Positions 23,655-32,774 of a stretch of 45,081 nucleotides of DNA are shown in pieces (within the stretch, counting starts at the first letter, position 1; the number at the start of each line of letters is the position of its first letter). A program made the position numbers and the translations under genes. Under the pieces are notes generated by a model. It did no database searches, was not told the DNA's origin, and was given only the letters and a program-made list of their open reading frames with translations. Origin of the DNA: a virus (lineage: Duplodnaviria > Caudoviricetes); the IMG/VR virus record IMGVR_UViG_3300036833_000162, positions 1 through 45,081 of that record; one strand, given 5' to 3'.

Positions 23655-25743
23655 CCTGATCCTCACGGCCGGACGCCGGGGATGGACACCGCCGCCGCGC
23701 CTGTCGCTACCCGGGTGGGCCGACCGCTATCGTCAGCTGGCGCGCTCGGCGGGCAGCCTGACGGGCCAGTGGCATACGTCGAAGGTCGAGATCGCGCGCG
23801 GGCCAATGCTCGCGGTCACGGAACCCGGCGTGCATGTGATCACGGCGATGGTCTGTACGCAGCTCATGAAGACCGCGCTGCTGGAAAACATTTTCGGCTA
23901 TCACGCGCATCTTGATCCATGTCCGATCCTGCTGCTGCAGCCAAAGGACGACGCCGCCGAGCAGTTCAGCAAGGAACGGCTCACCCCGCTGATCCGCGCG
24001 ACGCCAATCCTGCGCGAGTTGCTCGGCCCGGCACGCACGCGCAATGCGGACGACACGCTGCTTTACAAGTCGTTTCCCGGTGGCTTCATTGCGCTGGCGG
24101 GCGCGGGCAGTCCCGACAATCTCGCGCGCCGGCCGATCCGTATCCTGCTCGCCGACGAGATCGACAAGTACCCGGTCACGCGCGAGGGCGACCCGATCAC
24201 GCTCGCCGAGGAGCGCACCGCGACCTTTGCGACGTGGCTCAGTGTGCGGGCCTGCTCGCCGACCATCGCGGAGGAAAGCCGCATCGAGGACAGTTACGAG
24301 GCGAGCGACCAGCGGCGCGCCTCGGTGAGCTGTCCGCATTGCGGGCACCGGCTGTTTCCGGATTTTTTCCGTCATGTCGAATGGGACAAGACCCACGACA
24401 CGGCGGGCAACGTGAGCGGGCACGACACCGAGACCGCGTGCATCTACTGCGAGGCGTGCGGCAGGAGCTGGTCCGAGGCGGACCGGCTCAAGGCGCTCGC
24501 GCTCGCGCGCTGGCACCAGACCCGACCTTTCGAATGCTGCGGAGTACGACATGTCCCTCTTGATGACTACACGAAAGCGTGGCGCGTGCAGGATGGCGCG
24601 ACTGCGATCGATGCCGTATGGGACTGGTGGGCTGACGCCCATGCTGGCCGTTACGCGGTATACCGCGCGAAGTGTTCGGTGTGCGGGCGCTGGGGCGTCG
24701 ACAACACGCACGCGGGCTTCCAGGCCTCGAAGCTGTTCAGCCCATGGACGCGCGACCGTCCACCCGCTGTCGCAGCGAAGTGGATAGCCGCGCAGGGCGA
24801 CGAGGAAAAGCTGCAGGCATGGTGGAACACCCAGATGGGCCTGCCCTACCGGGCGCACACGGGCCGGCGCGTGCAGACCGAAACCCTGCTTGCGCGCGGT
24901 GAGCTGTGGCCCGCCGACGTAGCGGATGGCGTCGCCGTGGTGACGGTCGGCATCGATGTTCAGGACTACCGCGTGGAATGCGAAACCGTCGGGTGGGGCC
25001 GCAACGAGGAAAGCTGGAGCATCGACTACAGCATCCTCGAAGGCGAGTTTTCCGACGTGCCGGTGGTTGATCAGGTCGATGACTACCTGAAGCGGATCTG
25101 GGCGCGCGCGGACGGCCGGCCCTTTGAGGTGATGGCGGTCTGTATCGACTCGGGCGGCCACCACACGCAGGGCGTCTATGAGTTCTGCAAGGCGCGGCTC
25201 GGCCGGCACGTGTGGGCCATCAAGGGTGAGAGCGCACGCGGCGGCGAGCGTAATCCGGTGTGGCCGCCCAAGCGCCCCTCGGCGCGCTCGAAGAAAACCT
25301 TCCGGCCGGTGATCCTCGGCGTGAACGCGGCAAAGGACACGATCCGCCAGCGCCTGCTGCTGGCCACACCGGGACCGGGTTACATGCACTTCCCGGCCGA
25401 CCGCGATATTGGCTATTACACCCAGCTCACCGCCGAGCGGCTGATGGTCAGGGAAGCCGGCGGCAAGCGTTACCGCGTATGGGAGCTGCCCGCAGGGCGT
25501 GCCAACGAGGCGCTCGACTGTCGTGTGTACGCGTATGGCGCGCTGTGCGGGCTGCTCTACTTCGGCCTGCAGCTGAACCGGCGCGCCGACGCGGTGGGCG
25601 CGGTGGCCACCGTGCTGGCGGCACCGGCGCGCACCGCAGGCGGCAATGCAGCGGGCAAGGCGGCCCCGGAGTCCGGCGAGATCATCGCGCCTGGTGCTGT
25701 CCGTCCCGTCATCCCTAAATCGTTTGTTCACCGGCTCGCGTGA
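23590..25743 (+). CDS. Terminase large subunit, lambda GpA family
   Basis: PPP.LS...WAD, LLADEIDKYP Walker B, SPT, CPHCG, GIDVQ, CIDSGG, NEALDC.VYA. Confidence 0.92.
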   Translation: MSMTSLPTSENPRPVSKQTQRNLILTAGRRGWTPPPRLSLPGWADRYRQLARSAGSLTGQWHTSKVEIARGPMLAVTEPGVHVITAMVCTQLMKTALLENIFGYHAHLDPCPILLLQPKDDAAEQFSKERLTPLIRATPILRELLGPARTRNADDTLLYKSFPGGFIALAGAGSPDNLARRPIRILLADEIDKYPVTREGDPITLAEERTATFATWLSVRACSPTIAEESRIEDSYEASDQRRASVSCPHCGHRLFPDFFRHVEWDKTHDTAGNVSGHDTETACIYCEACGRSWSEADRLKALALARWHQTRPFECCGVRHVPLDDYTKAWRVQDGATAIDAVWDWWADAHAGRYAVYRAKCSVCGRWGVDNTHAGFQASKLFSPWTRDRPPAVAAKWIAAQGDEEKLQAWWNTQMGLPYRAHTGRRVQTETLLARGELWPADVADGVAVVTVGIDVQDYRVECETVGWGRNEESWSIDYSILEGEFSDVPVVDQVDDYLKRIWARADGRPFEVMAVCIDSGGHHTQGVYEFCKARLGRHVWAIKGESARGGERNPVWPPKRPSARSKKTFRPVILGVNAAKDTIRQRLLLATPGPGYMHFPADRDIGYYTQLTAERLMVREAGGKRYRVWELPAGRANEALDCRVYAYGALCGLLYFGLQLNRRADAVGAVATVLAAPARTAGGNAAGKAAPESGEIIAPGAVRPVIPKSFVHRLA

Positions 25744-25746
25744 ATC

Positions 25747-26025
25747 ATGTCCAGTGTATGTAATTACGGCACCATCCTTGACGGGATGAGCGCCACGACG
25801 CTGCAGGCGCAGCTCGCGTCGATGCAGCTCGCGTATCTCCAGCTCACCAGCGGCGGCAAGACTGAATCCGCCTCCTACACGCAGGCGGACGGCTCGCGCT
25901 CAATTACCTATACGCGCGCCAACCTTGCCGACCTCGTGCAGTCGATCCTGCTGGTGCAGAAACAGCTCGCCGCGCTGAGTGGCTGCTATTGCAGCCGTCG
26001 CCCGCCCCTGACGCCGTTCTTCTAG
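25747..26025 (+). CDS. Head-tail joining protein (gpW-like)
   Basis: AYL.L.SGGK..S.SY.Q.DGSRS.TY..AN; lies between terminase and portal. Confidence 0.75.
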   Translation: MSSVCNYGTILDGMSATTLQAQLASMQLAYLQLTSGGKTESASYTQADGSRSITYTRANLADLVQSILLVQKQLAALSGCYCSRRPPLTPFF

Positions 26026-26038
26026 GGATCGATCCATC

Positions 26039-27772
26039 ATGGGTCTCATTGTGGATTCGGGCGGACGCCCGATCGAGCCACGCGCGGCCGCGCCGTCGAC
26101 CTCGGTCTCGACGTCAGTCGTGCCGTCCTACGCGCCGCGAGGGATGCGCGCGCAGGTGGACGGTATCCCGGTCTGGTCGCCCACCTCGCAGCTTGCCGCA
26201 GGTTCGTACTACTTTCCGTATGAAGGCGCGAACTGGAGCCAGCAGGAATTCGGCAACTGGCTACCGTGGATCCGCTCGCCCGACGCGGAGATCAATCTGT
26301 TCCGTGACCGGATGGTCGCGCGCTCACGCGACCTGTCACGCAATGACGGCTGGATCAGCGGCGCGGTCAACCGCATCCTCGACAACACGATCGGCACCAA
26401 CCTGAAGCTCTCGGCCAGCCCCGACTACCGGGCGCTCGCGCTGCGGACCGGGATCACCGCGTTCGACGCGGACTGGGCGGATGACTTCAGGCGGACCGTC
26501 GAGGCGCTATGGCGCGGCTTTGCCGATAACCTCGACCATTACAACGATGTGGCGCGTCAGCTGACGCTCGGCCAGCAGTTCCGCCTCGCGATGCGTCACA
26601 AGCTGATCGACGGCGAGGGGTTCGGCCTGGTCTACTGGCAGGACGAACAGCGCGGCTACGGCGCAGCGGATTACGCGACGGCGCTGCTGCTGGTCGACCC
26701 TGACCGGCTGTCAAACCCCTACCAGATGATCGATTCGCGCTACATGCGCGGCGGCGTCGAGATCGACGACAACGGCGCGCCGGTCGCCTATCACATCCGC
26801 GAGGCGCAGCAGAACGACTGGTATCTGGCGATCGAGGCCAACACCTGGGAGCGGATCGAGCGTTACGACGAGGACGGCTGGCTGCGCGTGCTGCACGATT
26901 TCGATCGCGACCGTGCGGCCCAGCATCGCGGGATCGGCGTGTTTACGCCGGTACTGACGCACGCGAAGATGCTCGCGAAATATTATGGCGTCGAGCTTCA
27001 GGCGGCGACGGTCGCGACGATCTTTGGCACGTACGTCAGCAGTCCCTATGACCCGGCGCTGGTACAGGACACGCTCGGCGCGGGCGACGGCGAGGAGATT
27101 GCGCTGTATCAGGCGCTCCGCTCACAGTGGGCGAATGAGCGGCCCGCGTATCTGAACGGCGTACGCATCCCGACCCTCGCGCCCGGTGAGTCGCTCGAAA
27201 GCGTACAGGCGGGCCATCCGCACAGCAATTTCGAAATGTTCGCGCACGAGATGCAGCGCGTGATCGCTGCGGCGCTCGGCCTGTCAGCGGAACAGATCAC
27301 CCAGGACTGGAGCAAGACGAACTATTCCAGCGCGCGCGCGGCGCTCCTCGAGGCGTGGAAAACACTCACGCGCCGGCGCGACGAGTTCTGCCTGAACTTC
27401 GCCACGCCGTTCTATGGCGCGTGGCTGTGGGAAGCGTTCGACCAGGGCGAGCTGCCGCTGCCCGATGGCGCGCCGCCCTACGTCGAGATGCGCTCGGCCT
27501 ATTCGCGCTGCTCGTGGATGGGCGTGGCGCGCGGCTGGATCGATCCGACCAAGGAAAAGGCCGGCGCGGTGATGGGCATGGACGCCGCGCTCTCGACGCT
27601 CAAGCGCGAATGCGCCGAACAGGGTCTCGACTACGAGGAGGTACTCCACCAGCGCGCAGTCGAGATCAGGCTCATGAAGGAGCTGGGCCTGCCGTTGCCG
27701 GACTGGGCCGGTGCGGTCGCGGTGGCGGAAATCCAGCGCTCGCAGGACGCTGCCGTCCCGCAACCACAATGA
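26039..27772 (+). CDS. Portal protein, lambda family
   Basis: ARSRDL.RND, DGE, Q.RG, DWS..NYSSARA.LLE, WIDP.KE. Confidence 0.92.
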   Translation: MGLIVDSGGRPIEPRAAAPSTSVSTSVVPSYAPRGMRAQVDGIPVWSPTSQLAAGSYYFPYEGANWSQQEFGNWLPWIRSPDAEINLFRDRMVARSRDLSRNDGWISGAVNRILDNTIGTNLKLSASPDYRALALRTGITAFDADWADDFRRTVEALWRGFADNLDHYNDVARQLTLGQQFRLAMRHKLIDGEGFGLVYWQDEQRGYGAADYATALLLVDPDRLSNPYQMIDSRYMRGGVEIDDNGAPVAYHIREAQQNDWYLAIEANTWERIERYDEDGWLRVLHDFDRDRAAQHRGIGVFTPVLTHAKMLAKYYGVELQAATVATIFGTYVSSPYDPALVQDTLGAGDGEEIALYQALRSQWANERPAYLNGVRIPTLAPGESLESVQAGHPHSNFEMFAHEMQRVIAAALGLSAEQITQDWSKTNYSSARAALLEAWKTLTRRRDEFCLNFATPFYGAWLWEAFDQGELPLPDGAPPYVEMRSAYSRCSWMGVARGWIDPTKEKAGAVMGMDAALSTLKRECAEQGLDYEEVLHQRAVEIRLMKELGLPLPDWAGAVAVAEIQRSQDAAVPQPQ

Positions 27773-27783
27773 GGCGGGCTGAC

Positions 27784-28677
27784 ATGAGACCGGACTATCC
27801 GCATCTGGCGACGCGCCTGTTTAACGTCCCGCTCGCGATCACCCCAGGCAAGGTGGAGATCGTCATGGCGGCGCTCGCGGACCGCTTCGGCCTCGCGCGC
27901 CTGTTTCGTGCAGACGGTGAAATGCTGCTGCTCGATGACAGCTTCGACATGGGCGATCCGGTCGACGAGCGGCCCTACCGGATCGTCGAGGGGATCGCCA
28001 TCGTCCCGGTGCAGGGGACGCTGGTCCAGAAACTCGGCTGCCTGCACCCATACTCGGGCATGACCGGTTACGACGGCATCCGCGCGAACCTCTCGATGGC
28101 GCTCGCGGACGATATGGTCCGCGCGATCGTGCTTGACGTGGATAGTCCAGGCGGCGAGGTGGCGGGCTGCTTTGACCTCGCCGATGCGATCTACCACGCG
28201 CGCGGCGGCAAGCCGATGTGGGCGATCCTGAGCGAGTGTGCGTACTCGGCGGCGTACGCGCTCGCCTCGTCCTGTGACACGGTGATCGTGCCGCGTACGG
28301 GCGGGACCGGCAGCGTCGGCGTGATCGTCGCGCATGTCGATTTTTCGCAGGCGCTCGCGGGCGAAGGGATCACGGTCACGCTCATTACGTCGGGCGCACG
28401 CAAGGCGGACGGCAACGAGTTCCAGCCGCTCTCGGATGAGGCTCGCGTAGCGATCCAGACCGATGTCGACGAGGTGGCGGAGCTGTTTTTCGCCACCGTG
28501 GCGCGTAACCGGGGCATCCCCGCTGCAAAGGTACGCGACGCGCAGGGAGCAACGTTTCTGGGCGCGGCGGGTTTGCGCGCCGGGTTTGTCGATGCCGTCA
28601 TGGCACCGGACGAGGCGCTATACGCGCTCTATTCAACGTTTCAGGAGCAGTCAGGAGGTGCGACATGGGCTTCGTAA
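27784..28677 (+). CDS. Head maturation protease, peptidase S49
   Basis: LDVDSPGGEV, AYSAAY.LAS, GSVGV. Confidence 0.9.
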   Translation: MRPDYPHLATRLFNVPLAITPGKVEIVMAALADRFGLARLFRADGEMLLLDDSFDMGDPVDERPYRIVEGIAIVPVQGTLVQKLGCLHPYSGMTGYDGIRANLSMALADDMVRAIVLDVDSPGGEVAGCFDLADAIYHARGGKPMWAILSECAYSAAYALASSCDTVIVPRTGGTGSVGVIVAHVDFSQALAGEGITVTLITSGARKADGNEFQPLSDEARVAIQTDVDEVAELFFATVARNRGIPAAKVRDAQGATFLGAAGLRAGFVDAVMAPDEALYALYSTFQEQSGGATWAS

Positions 28678-29402
28678 CAAAAGGCTTGCAGCAGCGGATG
28701 CAGAAGGCGCTGTCCTTTTCTCATCTCGCCAGCATGGGCGCTCGACGGATGCGCGCGCAGGACAACGACACGCGCGACCCGAAGGATGATGATGGCAAGG
28801 ATGACGACGACGACAAGAACGACGACGGCGGCGGCGACACGGGCGAACGTAACCGCGAGGACCAGAACAGCCGGAAGGGCGAGACCCGGCGCGCGCAGGA
28901 CGATGACGACAGCGGTACGGACGCGGATGCGGCTGAGGAGGGCGACGACGGCGACCGCGACGCGGACCCGGATAACGACAGCGGCAAGGGCAAGCGCGCG
29001 CGCTCACGCGCGGGCAGCGGTGAGGACGAGCAGGCGCAGGACGACGACGAGGAGGAGGACAAGGACGATAAAGACGACGACGAGATGGAGATGCGCGGAC
29101 GCTCGCCAGCAGCGAAGGCGCGACGCCGCGAACAGGCGCGCTGTGCAGCGATCTTCGCGTCACGCGCAGCGGCACGTAACCCGGTCATGGCTGCGCATCT
29201 CGCCTTCAGGACACGTCTGCCGCGCAAGGAGGCCGTCGCGATGCTGGAGGCGACGCCCGCCCCCGGTCTGTCGACGGACCGCTCGCTGCGCAATCCGCGT
29301 GTCGGTCCGGGCGGTTCCCAGGAGCTGTCCAGTCGCCAGGCGGTGGCGTCGAGCTGGGACCGCGCATTCGAAAAAGTCAATCCGCGCGCGCGTCGCGCCT
29401 GA
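28665..29402 (+). CDS. Acidic scaffolding-like protein
   Basis: Asp/Glu-rich low-complexity region, then RE.ARC.AIF; lies between protease and decoration protein. Confidence 0.7.
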   Translation: MGFVTKGLQQRMQKALSFSHLASMGARRMRAQDNDTRDPKDDDGKDDDDDKNDDGGGDTGERNREDQNSRKGETRRAQDDDDSGTDADAAEEGDDGDRDADPDNDSGKGKRARSRAGSGEDEQAQDDDEEEDKDDKDDDEMEMRGRSPAAKARRREQARCAAIFASRAAARNPVMAAHLAFRTRLPRKEAVAMLEATPAPGLSTDRSLRNPRVGPGGSQELSSRQAVASSWDRAFEKVNPRARRA

Positions 29403-29438
29403 TTCCGTTCTCTCTCAACCCAAACCGGGAGGCACACC

Positions 29439-30143
29439 ATGAGTTCTTCGACTCTCAATGAGGTCTGGCATGACGGCGGGTTTCTGGTGTCCGAAGCCAA
29501 CGGCCACCAGTCGCGTGACCAGGTGACTGTCGGCGGCGCGATCATCCCGCCGCCAGCCAATCCTGTCACGAATACCATCGCGGGTGGCGCACTTGCCGCA
29601 ACGACGTATTACGTCAAAACGACCTATGTCGGCTCGCCGGGTGAAACGACGCCTTCCGCTGAGGTCACGCAGGCCGCCGCGATCAATACCTTGCTGACAG
29701 TCAGTTCACCCGCTGCGCAGGCCGGCGCGAACGGTTACAACGTCTATGTATCGACGGCGACCGGGACCGAGACGAAACAGAATGCGGCACCGGTCCCGAT
29801 CGGCAGTACCTGGACGGAGCCGGTCTCGGGCCTCGTCGCAGGTGCGCCTGTACCGGCAGCCAACACGACGACTTCCAAGGTTTATGCGGGGACCGTTCTC
29901 GGGCAGATCACTGCGACCAGCGTCTGGGTTCCGCTCGCACCAGCGGCGAGCGACGGCTCGCAGACCGCCGCCGGGATTCTGTTCGGAACGCGCGATTGTA
30001 CGGGCGGCAACCAGCAGGGTGTCGTGGTCAACCGTAATGCCGAGATCAACGGTTCGGAGCTGCTCTGGCCGTCGAGTGCGACGCCCGCACAGATTACGGC
30101 TGCAATCGGCCAGCTGAAGACGATCGGCGTGATCGTCCGCTAG
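29439..30143 (+). CDS. Head decoration protein (lambda gpD-like) with an inserted beta domain
   Basis: FLVSEANG..SRD at the N-terminus and AGTVLG...DGSQ.A.GIL...R.AE.N..EL.W at the C-terminus. Confidence 0.8.
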   Translation: MSSSTLNEVWHDGGFLVSEANGHQSRDQVTVGGAIIPPPANPVTNTIAGGALAATTYYVKTTYVGSPGETTPSAEVTQAAAINTLLTVSSPAAQAGANGYNVYVSTATGTETKQNAAPVPIGSTWTEPVSGLVAGAPVPAANTTTSKVYAGTVLGQITATSVWVPLAPAASDGSQTAAGILFGTRDCTGGNQQGVVVNRNAEINGSELLWPSSATPAQITAAIGQLKTIGVIVR

Positions 30144-30213
30144 TCCGGCCCGTAACCATCCGTAACCGCCCGTAGCGCTTCAGGCACACAGCACTCATCA
30201 CCTTCTCAAACGA

Positions 30214-30240
30214 GGGCCGCTCACCGCATGGGAGCGGCCC
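30214..30240 (+). promoter_or_regulatory. GC-rich hairpin upstream of the capsid gene
   Basis: gggccgctc-N9-gagcggccc, then ccggc-T6 before the RBS. Confidence 0.5.
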
Positions 30241-30266
30241 CCGGCTTTTTTGCGGGGAGACATGTC

Positions 30267-31457
30267 ATGGCAGGCGAAATTCTCGACGTATTCCACCAGG
30301 ACCCGTTTACGGCCATTGCGCTGACCGATGCTGTCCAGCGTAACCCGTTCCAGCCTGTCGGACTTGGTGCCCTTAACGTATTCGAGTCGAATCCGATCCG
30401 TACCAAGGCGCTCGCCGTCGAGGAGCGCACGGGCAAGCTCATCCTGATTCCGTTTTCTGAACGGGGCGCGGAGGGTACACAACGGACCACCGAAAAGCGC
30501 GACATGCGCTATTTCAGCGTGCCGCGCCTGATGCACGATGACACGGTGTATGCGGAGGAGGTCCAGGGCATCCGCGAATTCGGTACGGAGTCCGTGCTGA
30601 TGCAGATCGAGACGGAAGTCGCGCGCCGTCTGTCAGGCCCGACCGGATTACTCGCCTCCGTCGAGTACACCAAAGAGTACCTGCGGCTCGCGGCCCTGCA
30701 AGGTCTCGTGCTCGATCCGAAAGACGGCTCGGTCAAGTACAACTGGTTCAATGAGTTCGGCATCACCCAGCCGCCCGTGACCATTTTCAATCTCGTCGCG
30801 GCGACGCCCAACACGCTGCGACCGATCTGCAACGGCATTGTCCGCAAGATGGCGCGCAAGGCACAGGGGGCATTCACGGTGACGACACGCGTGTACGGGA
30901 TGTGCGGGGATGCTTTCTATGATGACTTCGTGAACCATCCGGATGTGATCCGCACCTTCATCAACTGGTCCGATGCGCGCGCGCTGCGTGATAACTCGCA
31001 GGGCGCTGCGTTCGATTCATTCGACTTTGCCGGTATCACCTGGTTTAACTATCGCGGTTCAGACGATAACGCGACGATCAAGGTGCCGGACAATGAGGCG
31101 CTGTTCTTTCCGGTCGGCGCGCCTGGCGTGTTCCGTGAGGCTATGGCTCCAGGTGAAACGGTCGACTGGGTCAATACGCCGGGACGGCCCGTGTACGTAC
31201 TGCCGATCTTCGATATCCTCCGTCGCATGTGGTGGAAAATGGAAACGTACTCGTATCCGCTTTTCATCTGCACCCGCCCGGAAGTCCTCCAGTCGGGCAC
31301 CGCGCTCGCCTCGATGATGGCAACGCTCGAAGCACGGGACAAGGCGCGCCAGACTCTCGACGAGGCTAACGCCGAAGCGGGCGCAGAAGCAGCGAGCGCA
31401 GAAGCGGCGAGCAATCCGCGTAGCTCCAGCTCCAGTACTGGTAAGAACAAGTCGTGA
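30267..31457 (+). CDS. Major capsid protein, lambda gpE family
   Basis: F..D.F....LT, QGIR.FG.E, EY.RL.AL.G, APG......NT.G.P.Y and CTRPEVL motifs. Confidence 0.9.
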   Translation: MAGEILDVFHQDPFTAIALTDAVQRNPFQPVGLGALNVFESNPIRTKALAVEERTGKLILIPFSERGAEGTQRTTEKRDMRYFSVPRLMHDDTVYAEEVQGIREFGTESVLMQIETEVARRLSGPTGLLASVEYTKEYLRLAALQGLVLDPKDGSVKYNWFNEFGITQPPVTIFNLVAATPNTLRPICNGIVRKMARKAQGAFTVTTRVYGMCGDAFYDDFVNHPDVIRTFINWSDARALRDNSQGAAFDSFDFAGITWFNYRGSDDNATIKVPDNEALFFPVGAPGVFREAMAPGETVDWVNTPGRPVYVLPIFDILRRMWWKMETYSYPLFICTRPEVLQSGTALASMMATLEARDKARQTLDEANAEAGAEAASAEAASNPRSSSSSTGKNKS

Positions 31458-31789
31458 TCGACTGGGATACGGTTCTGCTCGCGCCCGTCGAGGGCGTGTT
31501 CGGCCAGACCGCGATGTACCAGGCCGCAGGTGGTGCGCAGACGCCGGTCAATGGTGTTTTCGATGAGGCGGTGACGGACGTCGACGTCATGGACGGCGTG
31601 CCCGTGACGACGAAACGCCCCTGCTTCGGCTTTCGTGTGATCCAGCTCGCGACGCCCGCCGCGCAGGGCGACTCACTGCTGGTCTACGCGGCGACGCCCG
31701 CGCCGTCCGTCGACACGACCTACATCGTGCGCGAGGTCCGCGTCGACGGACACGGCTGGTGTTTCCTGCTGCTGAACAACGCGAGCTGA
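31454..31789 (+). CDS. Head-tail joining/closure protein
   Basis: GVFG, GVFD, P.QGD and Y.VREV..DGHG motifs; position after the capsid gene. Confidence 0.7.
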   Translation: MIDWDTVLLAPVEGVFGQTAMYQAAGGAQTPVNGVFDEAVTDVDVMDGVPVTTKRPCFGFRVIQLATPAAQGDSLLVYAATPAPSVDTTYIVREVRVDGHGWCFLLLNNAS

Positions 31790-31792
31790 ACC

Positions 31793-32491
31793 ATGCGCCG
31801 TGATCTCCCGCCCGTGATCCCGATGCTCGGGCGCCGGCAGATCAGGCTCGCCGCGCTCGGGGCGCTCACCAATGCTGCGCTGACCGACCGGGGCAAGCCT
31901 GTGGTGCTCCAGTCGCCGGGTGACTGGAATGTACCGGCCACGATCCTCCCTGTCGTGATCGTGCGGACCGCGCACGAGAGCAAAGGCTCGAACCTGCGCG
32001 GTAACGTGCCGCAGTTCACGACCGGTTGCGCGCTCGAAGTCCGCGCGACCATCGAGGCCCCGACCGCCAGCGCCGCGCAGGACGCCATCGAGGCGCTGTG
32101 GTTCAGTGTCGAGCACGCGCTGCTGACCGATTATTCACTGGTCGGGATGCTCCAGCAGTTCGCAAGTGTCGAGAGCGCACTGGAAATCCGCGCGGAGGGC
32201 GCGCGTCACCTCGCGGGTATCTCCGCCGCGTTTCACTGCGAGTACTTCGAGTCCTTCGATCCGCTCGACGCGATCCCGGCAGCGCAGACGTGGCCGGTCG
32301 AAGCGAACCCGGTCGCGCCATTCCAGAGCATCGATATCCACGTCGACACGGGCGCGCCGTTCGATCCGTCCGGGACCTATCCCAATCCGCCATTCCCCGG
32401 CGCTGTCACGCCCGCCCCCCGCACCCAGGGGCCGGACGGTCGCGACGAGGGCTACCTCGATATCACGCTGCCGCCCCCGGCCAGCAAATAA
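31793..32491 (+). CDS. Putative tail terminator/completion protein
   Basis: Position before the sheath gene; C-terminal D..GTY.NPPFP....PAPRT.GPDGR.EG. Confidence 0.6.
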   Translation: MRRDLPPVIPMLGRRQIRLAALGALTNAALTDRGKPVVLQSPGDWNVPATILPVVIVRTAHESKGSNLRGNVPQFTTGCALEVRATIEAPTASAAQDAIEALWFSVEHALLTDYSLVGMLQQFASVESALEIRAEGARHLAGISAAFHCEYFESFDPLDAIPAAQTWPVEANPVAPFQSIDIHVDTGAPFDPSGTYPNPPFPGAVTPAPRTQGPDGRDEGYLDITLPPPASK

Positions 32492-32512
32492 CCGCTCAGG
32501 GCTTCTCCCGTC

Positions 32513-32758
32513 ATGAAAACACTTCGCATCCTTCCGGCTACGGGCCGGGTCGTGCGTGACCCGGACCTCCTCGACCTCATCACTGAAGCGCGCACGGTCG
32601 TCGATACGCCTTTCTGGCGGCGTCGCATCCGCGACGGGGACGTGACCCTTGACGCGTCGACGGCAGACCCGCCAGCGGCCGCCTCGCCAGCGGCAGAGGC
32701 AACAGCTCCCCGTCCGTCTGCCGCGAAAGCCAGCACGACTCCGAAAACGTCCGGTTGA
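32513..32758 (+). CDS. Mu gp38-like (DUF2635) protein
   Basis: P..GR.VRDP and FWRRRIRDGDV motifs. Confidence 0.8.
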   Translation: MKTLRILPATGRVVRDPDLLDLITEARTVVDTPFWRRRIRDGDVTLDASTADPPAAASPAAEATAPRPSAAKASTTPKTSG

Positions 32759-32774
32759 ATGAGGAGGACAGGCC

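Noticed and set aside
23707-25731. 674-aa ORF antisense to the terminase, and similar long antisense ORFs over the MTase, sheath and tape measure genes
   Set aside because: Same antisense-frame artefact; no RBS or domain signal
28780-29090. GAC/GAT-rich repeats
   Set aside because: Explained by the Asp-rich low-complexity coding of the scaffold-like protein
30149-30175. ccgtaacc-like short repeats after the decoration gene
   Set aside because: Only 2-3 short imperfect copies; too little to support a function
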